Below the pieces are notes generated by a model. The model had not been told where the DNA came from. It searched no databases and was given only the letters and a program-made list of their open reading frames with translations. The translations under genes were made by a program, and so were the position numbers. This document shows, in pieces, positions 38,331-48,007 of a stretch of DNA of 64,000 bases. The DNA comes from an uncultured Alphaproteobacteria bacterium (GTDB lineage Bacteria > Pseudomonadota > Alphaproteobacteria > RF32 > CAG-239). The stretch spans positions 2,422 through 66,421 of the forward strand of contig CAKQMH010000007.1 of NCBI GenBank assembly GCA_934254915.1, read 5' to 3'. How positions within the stretch are numbered: the first letter of the stretch is position 1; every line of letters begins with the position of its first letter.

Positions 38331-40115
38331 TTAGTTTGGTTTGCATCCTTTCCAATAAGCATCATTGCAAGGACATATCTCGTATGTTTTACTGTTATCA
38401 CAACCCATTCTATTTATGTTTGACTCATATCCTAATTTAATGCAGAATTCTTTTGTATCCCCAAAGTAAGCGCAATCGCATTTTGCTAAGAATGTTTTGG
38501 CTTGGTTTCTGCTATCATCTGAGTCAGACCATTTATTTGTGGAAATTTGCTGGTAATCATGTTCGCAATTACCTGGTTCTTCTTTCTCACTCACTAAAGT
38601 ATCGTTACAAGCCGGATAAGAAGGATCTGAATTATTTTGATATGGTGTAAATATACTGTTTTCACATCCACCCCAGCGATACCAGCTATTATAGTTGTAG
38701 TCGGTTTCATCTGGTCTGCCGCATTTCTTGCAGTAGATAGCACCTTCTTGTGAAGCAGATACTCCTACTTTAGGAAAAACACTCTGAGGAGTACGGCAGG
38801 TATCTTGCGGGTTAAAGGTGTAACCGCTGCTGCAGGTTGGAGCTTCACAACTTGAAATATACGTTTTGCGATGTTCAATGCGGGTTGCTTTGGCGCATAC
38901 TCTATTGAGACACTCTTCATACGTATCATCATCCTCATTCTCGCTACACCTGTATTGATTGTATTCTCCATCAAGGGCATTATCATCAACGCTAGCTCTG
39001 CACTCTGTGACGCTTAGTTCATAGTCATCATAGACGCAGCTGGTGCATTCCGGATTGTTACTGTCGTGTTCGACTTTCATATATTTTTTACCATTACACC
39101 AAGACGATTTGTCACAAGTGCTGAAGCCCTCGCGGCAGACTTTATCCGCGTGATAATAAGTTTTTTCATTGCTGCCGCAGCCTTCGGTGCAGGATACAAC
39201 ATTGGTCGCGCCCGCCGGCACGCTTTCCAAATTGTAGTAGGTGCGGTCGCAGGCCGGCTTATTGCATACACATTTGTTGCATGGTTCGCCGCCGGAATAT
39301 CCGTCGGTTTCCAACGTCGGCGTGGTTGAGGTTTGGTCGCACGAGGTTACACCTGTGCTGTAACCCGTGGGGCATGATTTCTTAGCACAACCGCAGTTAC
39401 CGCTGTTGAGCCAACCTAGAGCCGTGTTGCATACACATTCGCCGCCTTGTTCGGTGAGGCCGGCAGCGGTGTCACATACACATTGCTTGGTGTAGGAGTT
39501 ATAAACATGGCAGCTACGGCAATTTATCGGCTTGGTACAGCTGGTGCAGCTTCCTTTACTTTGGTTGCCGTGGGTGCAAGAATAGCCGCTGTTGCATGAG
39601 CATTGGTAGTGGGTTCCGTTCTTATCGCTACAAGATTTACAGCTCAAATTTTCATCTGTCGGGCGGAAATTCAACGGAAACTTAATAGCCGAACAAGTGC
39701 AGTTGTATCTAGTTCCGTTTCTGTCGGTACATGCTTGGCAATTATAACCTTCATCAGTCGGCTGAGAATTTAGTGGATATTCTGAGGTCGAGCAAGCGCA
39801 GTATTCATACTTCCCATCACAGCTTTGTCCTGACGGAACTTTTCCCGCCGGGCAGGATGACACATAGTTCGTCGGGCAGGTACAGGACTTATAGCAGTAC
39901 AAGCCTTGTGTAACCATTATTTTAGTCCCTTTCTTTGGTGCGGGGCAATCGCTAAGCATGTTGTGATCGCTGCAGGTTGACTGCTTTGTATCAGTACCAA
40001 AGGAGCCAAGATCACCGCTGTAATTCGGCAGCCACGTCACACCGGCCCACGCTGCTCCGGATATCACTATCGCACCGACCAGTGCGACTATCCCTGTTTT
40101 TGAAAATTTAATCAT
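38331..40115 (-). CDS. Cysteine-rich secreted protein (594 aa; about 12% Cys), paralog of the upstream gene
   Basis: Strong SD GAGGTG with 4-nt spacing. Sec signal MIKFSKTGIVALVGAIVISGAAWA, followed by the VTWLPNYSG motif. Dense CxC/CxxC content and no Cys-free stretch longer than about 25 aa. Confidence 0.7.
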   Translation of the reverse strand: MIKFSKTGIVALVGAIVISGAAWAGVTWLPNYSGDLGSFGTDTKQSTCSDHNMLSDCPAPKKGTKIMVTQGLYCYKSCTCPTNYVSSCPAGKVPSGQSCDGKYEYCACSTSEYPLNSQPTDEGYNCQACTDRNGTRYNCTCSAIKFPLNFRPTDENLSCKSCSDKNGTHYQCSCNSGYSCTHGNQSKGSCTSCTKPINCRSCHVYNSYTKQCVCDTAAGLTEQGGECVCNTALGWLNSGNCGCAKKSCPTGYSTGVTSCDQTSTTPTLETDGYSGGEPCNKCVCNKPACDRTYYNLESVPAGATNVVSCTEGCGSNEKTYYHADKVCREGFSTCDKSSWCNGKKYMKVEHDSNNPECTSCVYDDYELSVTECRASVDDNALDGEYNQYRCSENEDDDTYEECLNRVCAKATRIEHRKTYISSCEAPTCSSGYTFNPQDTCRTPQSVFPKVGVSASQEGAIYCKKCGRPDETDYNYNSWYRWGGCENSIFTPYQNNSDPSYPACNDTLVSEKEEPGNCEHDYQQISTNKWSDSDDSRNQAKTFLAKCDCAYFGDTKEFCIKLGYESNINRMGCDNSKTYEICPCNDAYWKGCKPN

Positions 40116-40141
40116 TCTGCACCTCTTTTAAAGTTAGTGTT

Positions 40142-42573
40142 TTAGTTGTTGTCTAATTTCCGTCCCAAATACTCTATTGGCATATTATAAACATGATGTG
40201 GTAAAGTCCTGTAACGCGGTGAGCCAGTTGAAATTTCGCAATAACCTGCTCCTTCATCAATAGCTCCGTATGAGTCATCATAGTCGGTAATATTTTGCGC
40301 ACCGAAAACGCAACTAGCCACACGATTGTTGGTTAGATCTACGCCTTGAAGAGAACCGCCCACATTGAGAATAAATTTGGTAATCTCACCGTTTATGTAA
40401 GGAACCGGTTCATAAAAGTCATTCTCATATGCCTGTTTGTCACAGTCGTCCATCCCTTCATTGCAGGTGCCTGCTTCTTCACAATAGCTGACCGAAAAGT
40501 CACTATTTATAAGTACGTTAACATTTTTTTGAATATCAAGGCTTACATATCGGTTACCAATATAAACATTTCCAGCTATAATAAGATTATTATTGGTATA
40601 GGTATTGCCGGTTTTAGGCGAAATTATAGCATTTACTGAGCCGATTTCTACAACATCATTGTTAACGTCAGTCATAGTTGAAGCTGAGTGTTTTAGTTTT
40701 ACTGAACCCTTGATATTCATAGTATCGATCGCTCTCAGCGGTACCGTGCCATAATAATTATGGTCGCCTAATTCTAGAAAAGAACCTTCTTCTGTTTCAA
40801 TGTTGTCAATGTGTCCACTCGGGTTATTAATAACCAAGTTCGAGTTTTTAGACAGATATATATTGGCAGCGTCAAAAGCCACTTCTTCATTCGGAATAAC
40901 GACCTTTGTCTGAGTAGTAGTCACTCTTAAGTTTTTTATGTCGACAGATGTAACGCCAAGAAAATCACCGGTGTGTGTAGCATTAATTGATAATTCATCA
41001 ATGCTAAATCCTCTAATATTCGTAGTGATTCTAGCGCTTGAACCATCAATAAATAATTGACTCCAATTTAAAGTATTAACACCTGATGCTTTACAAACAC
41101 CATTTGATTCTTCAACAAATTTGTCCTCGGTATATATTTCTATCGGATAGGTCAAATCAATAGACTTAGAGATGTTATCTGTTGCCATAATAATCATTGT
41201 TCTACCTTCATCAATTGCATCTCTCATCTCTTGACCATCGGACACATACACTGCAGCTGGATATTTAGCTTCTAAGAACGCCTGACAGCTGGGGTAGACG
41301 CATTTACCGTTGACCAAAGTCGTACCGGGCCGGCAGTAGATACAAGTGTCATTAACCAATGTTGTGTTGGGATAACAACTTTTTATTTTGTAATAAGTCG
41401 TGTTGTCGCCACAGCCTTTGACACAAGTTTCATACGTTGCGTTCATCGGCTTTTTGGTTAGTGTATAGCCGGTGCAACTTTGGGGCGAGCATACACAGCG
41501 TCCGCATTTTTGTTCGCCGGAGTATCCGCTCTCGAGGTAAGAGTAATCATCGGCACATTCGGTCACGCCCGCGGTATAACCGGCCGGACAAGCCGCCGCT
41601 TTACAGCTGGTGATATTGCCGGCTGAGTCAGTGGTTTTGGTGTAGCCGGTCTTGCAACCGTCAATCTTATAATTAGGCGTGCCGGTTGAACTCATTCGGC
41701 AGGTGCTGCAACTGCTTGCGCCGGTCGGGCAGGCCGCGTTGCAGTATTTGTTTATGTCACAACTGCATAAATAACAGGACATACCATTGACGGTTACAGA
41801 GTTACAGGTTTGTCCCAAGGCTGTTCTTTCGGATATATCTTCGGGATTAACATAGCCGCTGGGGCAAGATGTCGCCTGACATTTGCCATCCACCAACTCA
41901 TAGTTGGCATTGCAGCCTGTTACTTTATATTTATTATCGCATTTTTCACAGGTGCTGTTGGCCGGACACGAAGACAGGCTGTAATCAGACGGGCAGGTAC
42001 AGGTGGTAAAATATCCTTTTATGGTCGTCGCCGTTACCTTGTCGCCAAAACCGGGAGCATAAATCGTGTCTGATAAACGGGAGCTGCTTTGAGTCGCAGC
42101 CGCTTTGGTTCCGGTATTGCGTTGAGCCGCAGCTGTTTTGGTTCCGGTATTGATTTTAGACGTAGCCGGTTTGAGGCCGTTGGTGGTGGCAACTGAGTCT
42201 AAAGTCGAACTATCGGAAAAAACGCCGTTGCTGGCGAGGGCGTCACAGGATTCCCCTCCCAACACTTTGGGGGATTCGCAGTTGCTGGAGCTGTATTGGT
42301 AATAACTTCGATCGCAGGAGCAGGATTTGTAGCAAGTCTTATTGCCGACCGGAACGGAGGTTGTTGGTTTCTTATGCTCTGGGCAAGATGAAATCAAGCC
42401 GGCTTCTTCGCAGGTCGTGGTGACTTCACTTAAGCCGCCATCGCTAACGCGGTTTTTATCCATATTGCTGCCCAAATATTCCGGCAGCCAATAAATTTTG
42501 GCAAAAGAACTTGAAACCATAATCACTGAACTAATCAGGACCAAAGTCCACAACCACAACCGCTTAGACATAA
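40142..42573 (-). CDS. Cysteine-rich secreted protein with a Cys-poor beta-helix-like C-terminal half (about 809 aa from the MSKRLW start; the longer ORF runs to 42607)
   Basis: Sec signal MSKRLWLWTLVLISSVIMVSSSFA, then KIYWLPEYLG. N-terminal about 440 aa are Cys-rich, with modules shared with the 594-aa protein (for example CPAGYTAGVTEC...SGYSGEQKCGRCVC vs CPTGYSTGVTSC...DGYSGGEPCNKCVC). The C-terminal about 370 aa are Asn/Ile/Val-rich repeats. Confidence 0.7.
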
Positions 42574-42710
42574 TACACCCCGCTGATTTTAAGGCGATTG
42601 CTGCCAATCACCCAAATTTCACCTATATATAGTTTAGCTTATTTTAGCCACACTAGCAATTAAAAATACGTTAAATCAGCTTAATAAAATAAAAATTTAA
42701 TATATTTGTA

Positions 42711-42746
42711 ACAAAAAAGAGGCGTTTTTTTGCGCCTCTTTTGTTC
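42711..42746. terminator. Bidirectional terminator between the bactofilin gene and the Cys-rich gene
   Basis: AAGAGGCG / CGCCTCTT stem with a T-rich loop, flanked by an A6 run and a T-run. Confidence 0.65.
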
Positions 42747-42769
42747 AATCATTGCTCTTTGTTTGTTGA

Positions 42770-43249
42770 TTATGCCATTTTGTTGCGGCTGGCGTCAACT
42801 AACATCAAATCCGGTTTGCCCTGTTCAGCGGGAATGGGCGCGCCGGCGCGGATGCAGTGTCCGTCAATATAAGCTCCCGGCTCAATCGCAATCGTATTAT
42901 GGGTTGCGTCGCCAATCATGTGAGCTGATTTGGCAATAAACAGGTTGTCAACCGCGGCTTTGCCGTTCAGCGTACCGAATAATTGCAGGCTGTTGGCGTT
43001 AACCGAGCCGGTAACCGAGCCCTTAACCCCGATAATCAGCTCATCACAGCTGATGTCGCCTTCAACATGCCCGTCAACATGAACAATCGCCTCGCTGATA
43101 ATATCGCCGTTGAGTTTAGTGTTTTCGCTGATGATGCTAGGAACGGGAACTCCATTCGAACCGCGGCTCAAACGACGTGCAAGTTTCAGATAAATCAAAC
43201 GTTTAAGTTTTTTCATTTTAACCTCTTTCATAACCATTCTCCGGCTCAA
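42770..43249 (-). CDS. Bactofilin (polymer-forming cytoskeletal protein, CcmA/BacA-like)
   Basis: DUF583-type beta-helical repeats: GDIISEAIVHVDGHVEGDISCDELIIGVKGSVTGSVNANSLQLFGTLNG. Basic N-terminal tail. Confidence 0.8.
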   Translation of the reverse strand: MSRRMVMKEVKMKKLKRLIYLKLARRLSRGSNGVPVPSIISENTKLNGDIISEAIVHVDGHVEGDISCDELIIGVKGSVTGSVNANSLQLFGTLNGKAAVDNLFIAKSAHMIGDATHNTIAIEPGAYIDGHCIRAGAPIPAEQGKPDLMLVDASRNKMA

Positions 43250-43263
43250 ACTGCTGTGCTAAC

Positions 43264-44568
43264 CTAAATTTTTGCCTGCATAAACGGCAAAGGATCAACC
43301 GGAACACCCTGATACAACACCTCATAATGCAGGTGCGGGCCGGTAGAACGTCCGGTACTGCCAACTTCACCCAGTGTATCATATTTTTTTAAATAATCAC
43401 CTTTTTTTACATAAATCTTGTGCATATGCGCATATTTGGTCTGAAAACCGTTGCCGTGGTCGACTACCACATAGTTGCCGTAGCCGCGGTTGCTGTGTTC
43501 GGTTTTAATGACTTTCCCTTTGGCTTGAACCTGAATTTTGTTGCCGGTGCGGCTGGCCAGGTCGACCCCCTTGTGGCCGGCTTTTTTCTTGTTAAACGGA
43601 TCGCTGCGGTAGCCATATTTCGATGTTACCCAATAGCTCCACACCGGTTTACCCATCGGCACATATTGCACCACTTCGCGATAATATTCCAAATCATCGG
43701 CGGCCTTAAATATTTTGCTGATTTTGTCGGTCATGGCTTTGTCTTGCAATTCCGAAACCGAAGCCGGAATAAATGGTCCTCCGCGGGAGTTTTTCTTTTT
43801 GCTGTTGGCCAACGGGTTAAAATAAAGCTCTTTTTTCTTTAATGAGCCGTTGATCTGCGAAAACGCACTTTTGATTTTATTGATTTCTTTGGCGGCAATG
43901 CTCTCAACTCTCGAAAACACTTCCATTTCCGCGGCTTTAATCTCTTTAATTGAATCTTCCAACCGGCTGATTTGCTGCCGCAGTTCATCACGTTCGGCGG
44001 CGGCGATGTCGCGTTGCAGCAAAGCCTCGTTAACCGTCATTTTTTCATTGATTTTTTTGTCGTCGGCCCAATTTTTTTCAGCGGTTATTTGTTTGATCTT
44101 GTCTTCAACCACCATGGCCTGATGTTTATACTTATCCAACTCCTTGGTTGAGGCTTGTCCTTTTTTATTAATGGAAGACAAAACCGAATCAATATTTTTG
44201 TGAATGGCCGCAAAGTCGCTCATCAAATCGACATAAGCGTCGCGCGTTTCCACCAGCTCGATTTCCTTGTGGTTTATAATCCGGCTGGACTTGTTGTACA
44301 TATGGTATGAATAAAAGCTCCAAACCGCAATGCAGCACAACAGGCTGAGCAAAATAACCTGCATTTGCGAAGAAATTTTTAAGACTTTGGCGCGTCCGGC
44401 ACTGCGGAAAATAATCTCCTTTTCCGAGAAAAACGGTTTCTTCTCGGTATAGTGCGGGGAATAAGTCTTTTTGCGGAGTAGGCGAGCCTTACGTTTCATA
44501 AAAAAAGCCTGAGTTGTTAATACTAAACGTGCGCATAATCGGCACACATTTATAGTTACATATAACAA
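43264..44568 (-). CDS. M23-family (LytM-type) peptidoglycan endopeptidase with an N-terminal coiled-coil
   Basis: C-terminal M23 domain GHKGVDLASRTGNKIQVQAKGKV...GNYVVVDHGNGFQTKYAHMHK...GSTGRSTGPHLHYEV, including the HxxxD and HxH zinc ligands. One TM helix and a long coiled-coil before it. Confidence 0.8.
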   Translation of the reverse strand: MLYVTINVCRLCARLVLTTQAFFMKRKARLLRKKTYSPHYTEKKPFFSEKEIIFRSAGRAKVLKISSQMQVILLSLLCCIAVWSFYSYHMYNKSSRIINHKEIELVETRDAYVDLMSDFAAIHKNIDSVLSSINKKGQASTKELDKYKHQAMVVEDKIKQITAEKNWADDKKINEKMTVNEALLQRDIAAAERDELRQQISRLEDSIKEIKAAEMEVFSRVESIAAKEINKIKSAFSQINGSLKKKELYFNPLANSKKKNSRGGPFIPASVSELQDKAMTDKISKIFKAADDLEYYREVVQYVPMGKPVWSYWVTSKYGYRSDPFNKKKAGHKGVDLASRTGNKIQVQAKGKVIKTEHSNRGYGNYVVVDHGNGFQTKYAHMHKIYVKKGDYLKKYDTLGEVGSTGRSTGPHLHYEVLYQGVPVDPLPFMQAKI

Positions 44569-44675
44569 ATTTTAGAAAAAATACAGCTTTTTTTGCAAAG
44601 TTATCCAAAAGCGCTAAATATACTCTTGTTTTATAACTTATTTTGCGCCTTAATTCAAATATACGAAGTTAAAAA

Positions 44676-45152
44676 ATGAAGGTTAAAATGTCCAAAACAG
44701 CTATCTTAAAATTTGTAAGCACATGGTTTTATTCCGGATTGTCGCCCAAAGCCCCCGGAACTTGCGGCTCATTGGCAGCTTTGCCGTTTATTTATGCCCT
44801 TGCTTGGTGGAAAGGCGCATGGGCGGTTTTTGCGTTTGCGGCCGTCATTACCATTGTTGGAATTTATGTCAGTGACGCCTATGCCAAACGTTTAGGCAAA
44901 AAAGATCCCGGACTGATTGTGATTGACGAGGTCGCCGGACAATCGATTACATTGATTGCGGCCGGAACTAATCTGGCTTTGTTTATGGTCGGTTTTCTGC
45001 TCTTCCGCCTGTTTGATATCACCAAACCATGGCCGGTTTCGTGGGCTGACCAAAAAGTCCGCGGCGGGTTAGGCATTATGCTGGATGATATTATCGCCGG
45101 CATCATCAGCGGCGTCTTGCTTTATTTTATTAAAGCCCAATACGGATTATAA
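44676..45152 (+). CDS. pgpA: Phosphatidylglycerophosphatase A
   Basis: PGTCGSLAALP motif and multiple TM helices; size about 158 aa. Confidence 0.7.
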   Translation: MKVKMSKTAILKFVSTWFYSGLSPKAPGTCGSLAALPFIYALAWWKGAWAVFAFAAVITIVGIYVSDAYAKRLGKKDPGLIVIDEVAGQSITLIAAGTNLALFMVGFLLFRLFDITKPWPVSWADQKVRGGLGIMLDDIIAGIISGVLLYFIKAQYGL

Positions 45153-45159
45153 CAAATTA

Positions 45160-45188
45160 AAGCCGGAGTTATTCCGGCTTTTTTTTAA
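45160..45188. terminator. Bidirectional terminator between pgpA (+) and the ftsB-like gene (-)
   Basis: AAGCCGGA / TCCGGCTT stem, then T9. Confidence 0.7.
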
Positions 45189-45502
45189 TTGTTGTCATCA
45201 AGAATGATAAATTCGTCATCGGCGGCCATATTTAAGACAATCCGCGCCCGCTCTTCCAACAAGTCCAAATCAAGGCTCTTGTTTGACAGGTGATGGACTT
45301 TCTCTTCTAAAAGTGTTTTTTCTTGATTATATTTGGCGGCCGTAAGTCTGGCCTCGGCAATTTCTTGTTTGAGATAAATATATTTTAACAACCCGCGCTC
45401 GCCGTTAACCGCATGAAAGCCGAAATAAACCATTATCAGCGCCCCAAAAATCCAAAAACCGGACTTCCGTAATCTGGTTTGAAAATCAGCAAACAACTCC
45501 AT
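45185..45502 (-). CDS. ftsB: Septum formation initiator (FtsB/DivIC-like)
   Basis: 105 aa: a short cytoplasmic N-terminus, a single TM (FWIFGALIMVYFGFHAV) and a coiled-coil (IYLKQEIAEARLTAAKYNQEKTLLEEKVHHLS). Confidence 0.6.
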   Translation of the reverse strand: MELFADFQTRLRKSGFWIFGALIMVYFGFHAVNGERGLLKYIYLKQEIAEARLTAAKYNQEKTLLEEKVHHLSNKSLDLDLLEERARIVLNMAADDEFIILDDNN

Positions 45503-45710
45503 AATATTTTATTCTTTCACTTGGTTGGCGATAAAAGAATCAGACTCGCACAGATGTTCTTGTTGTTATGAAAAGAGGAACATATTTTTATTAAAAATTG
45601 GTTACGCCGGAAAAGAGTTTTTTACTTTTTTTATTTCCCTTCGCATATGCACTTTTGGTATTGATGCTTTATTTGCAATAAATTAGTCAAAGTTAAGTTT
45701 TTAATAAACA

Positions 45711-45738
45711 AAAACCCTAGGATTTTCCTAGGGTTTTA
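45711..45738 (-). terminator. Rho-independent terminator downstream of tRNA-Phe
   Basis: Perfect palindrome AAACCCTAGG-ATTTTC-CTAGGGTTT immediately 3' of the tRNA on the minus strand, followed by a T-rich tract. Confidence 0.65.
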
Positions 45739-45741
45739 GAA

Positions 45742-45817
<76 letters not shown>

Positions 45818-45976
45818 GTCAATCAACGAAAAGTCTTATAAAGCATATTTTCCTCTATGTCCAGCTAAAAATTATATTTTGGGGGATTTTTTTGTTTACC
45901 TGTTGAATTTTTGTAAAAATATTGTCATTAACTTTAAAAAAGATATGACTTGAAACGAAATTTTTAAGGAGCAGCG

Positions 45977-46591
45977 ATGAACTTTCCATACGGACAGACC
46001 GAATTAGATTACTTGTCGGCCAAAGACGCTAAATTAGCGGCAGTAATTGCCAAAGTCGGCAAAATCGAACGCGAGGTTAATCCTGATTTGTTCGGGGCTT
46101 TAGTCTCTTCAATCATCGGTCAGCAGATTTCGGGCAAAGCCGCGACTACTATTCGTCAACGGATTGTTAAATTGTGTTGGGGAGAGGTGACCCCGCGGCG
46201 TTTATGCGGTTTGTCTGACGATTCGTTGGCAGCCTGCGGTTTAAATTATCCCAAAATCAATTATCTGCGGAAGGCTGCAACTGCGGCTATGACGGGGCAG
46301 GTGGATTTTGCCGCGTTAAAAGCCTTACCGGATGATAAATTTATTGACAAAATAACATCTTTACCCGGAGTCGGCCGTTGGACAGCTGAAATGCTGCTGA
46401 TTTTCTCGTTGCAGCGTCCCGATGTTATCAGCTATGACGATTTGGGGATTCGCAAAGGTATGCAGCTGCTTTATGGAATAGACAACGTCCGTAGAAAAGA
46501 TTTCCTGCGCCTGTCGGAAGCTTATCACCCGTATGCTAGCGTAGCTTCATTTTATCTGTGGTATGTCGGCAATAACAATTGGCAGCCGTAA
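45977..46591 (+). CDS. alkA: DNA-3-methyladenine glycosylase II (HhH-GPD family, AlkA-like)
   Basis: HhH motif LPGVGRWTAEMLLIFSL followed by the catalytic Asp context (ISYDDLGIRKG). Confidence 0.7.
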   Translation: MNFPYGQTELDYLSAKDAKLAAVIAKVGKIEREVNPDLFGALVSSIIGQQISGKAATTIRQRIVKLCWGEVTPRRLCGLSDDSLAACGLNYPKINYLRKAATAAMTGQVDFAALKALPDDKFIDKITSLPGVGRWTAEMLLIFSLQRPDVISYDDLGIRKGMQLLYGIDNVRRKDFLRLSEAYHPYASVASFYLWYVGNNNWQP

Positions 46592-46713
46592 ACCTCTTCA
46601 CCTTCTGCCAAGGTAGCACAACTCAGCCCATTATTCCAAGCCGTAAAAAAACAGCTCGAGCGCCATTAATCTGACACCGGAGCTGTTTTTGGAGGTTTTA
46701 TAATTTTTGTCGC

Positions 46714-47874
46714 TTAGGCGGCTTTATTTTGCTTCTTCGCGGCAAATTCATTCATTGTGTTGATGATGTAATCCAAATCTTCGTTGTCAAGATACGGAGT
46801 CATCGGGATAGACAACACGGTCTTAGAAAGTTTTTCGCAAACCGGCATCGGGCGGGTATTCCACTTAGCATAAGCTGTCTGAGTGTTAACCGGACGCGGA
46901 TAATATGCACCGCAAGGAATACCATTGTCTTTGAGGTAAGTCATTAATTCATCGCGGTCTTCGCAGTGAATGGTGTAAAGTGCATAAGCCGAATGGCAGT
47001 TATCCAAAATCTTTTGTTTGCCATAGTAGTTGCTCAATTCATTGTCATAACGGCTGGCAACACGGAAACGATCTTTCAATTCCTGATCAAATACGGTCAG
47101 TTTTTGCAGCAAAACTGCACCTTGGAAAGAGTTCATACGGCCGGTGATACCCAGGCGGACATTATCATAGTGGTCTTCCGGACTCATTCCGTGAACACGG
47201 CAGGATTTAACCAGCTCGTTTTCTTCATTAGTATTAGAGAATACCGCGCCGCCGTCGCCATAGCAGCCCAACGGCTTGGTCGGATAAAAAGAAGTAGCGG
47301 TCATATCGGCAACCGAACCTGCTCTTTTGCCTTTGTAAACCGAACCGAATGACTGGCAAGAGTCAGCCAAAACTTTCATGCCGTTAGCATGAGCGATTTT
47401 AATGATTTCGTCATATTCGCACGGAGAACCGAAAATATCAACCGGAATAACGGCTTTAAGATTGAGCTTGCCTTCTTTCTTAACTTCATCAATAGCGCGT
47501 TGCAAATCTTTCGGATTCATATTGTAGGTGTCAGGGTCTGAGTCAACAAACACCGGAGTAGCACCCAACAAAACCGGAGCTTCAGCTGAAGCAACAAAGG
47601 TAAAAGATGAAACAAAAACAGCATCACCGGCTTTAACACCCCAAGACATCAAAGCCAAAGTTAAAGCATCAGTACCCGAACCGCAGGTCGAGCAGAACTT
47701 GCTGCCGGCGTATTGTGCTAATTTTTCATCTAATTCACGAGTTTCCGGACCTTGGCAATATGCGCCGTGGTTCAAAATAGCTTCAAACGCATTTAAGAAT
47801 TTTTCTTTACCAATAACATTTTGTGAAGTTTTGCAGTCAAAAAGGTTAAGCGGTTTATTAGGTTTGTTACTCAT
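46714..47874 (-). CDS. DegT/DnrJ/EryC1/StrS-family PLP-dependent sugar aminotransferase
   Basis: 386 aa with fold-type I aminotransferase features, including an ATSFYPTKPLG block containing the PLP-lysine region. Confidence 0.75.
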   Translation of the reverse strand: MSNKPNKPLNLFDCKTSQNVIGKEKFLNAFEAILNHGAYCQGPETRELDEKLAQYAGSKFCSTCGSGTDALTLALMSWGVKAGDAVFVSSFTFVASAEAPVLLGATPVFVDSDPDTYNMNPKDLQRAIDEVKKEGKLNLKAVIPVDIFGSPCEYDEIIKIAHANGMKVLADSCQSFGSVYKGKRAGSVADMTATSFYPTKPLGCYGDGGAVFSNTNEENELVKSCRVHGMSPEDHYDNVRLGITGRMNSFQGAVLLQKLTVFDQELKDRFRVASRYDNELSNYYGKQKILDNCHSAYALYTIHCEDRDELMTYLKDNGIPCGAYYPRPVNTQTAYAKWNTRPMPVCEKLSKTVLSIPMTPYLDNEDLDYIINTMNEFAAKKQNKAA

Positions 47875-48007
47875 TAGTATTTGTCCTTCTAAATGTTTCT
47901 AACTGTCACCGATAATATGTTAAAAGATTTTTGATTGCAAAACACAAAACATTTCCGCTTTGTAACATATGCGCAAACATTAAATTTTGTTGATTTAATA
48001 AATTATA

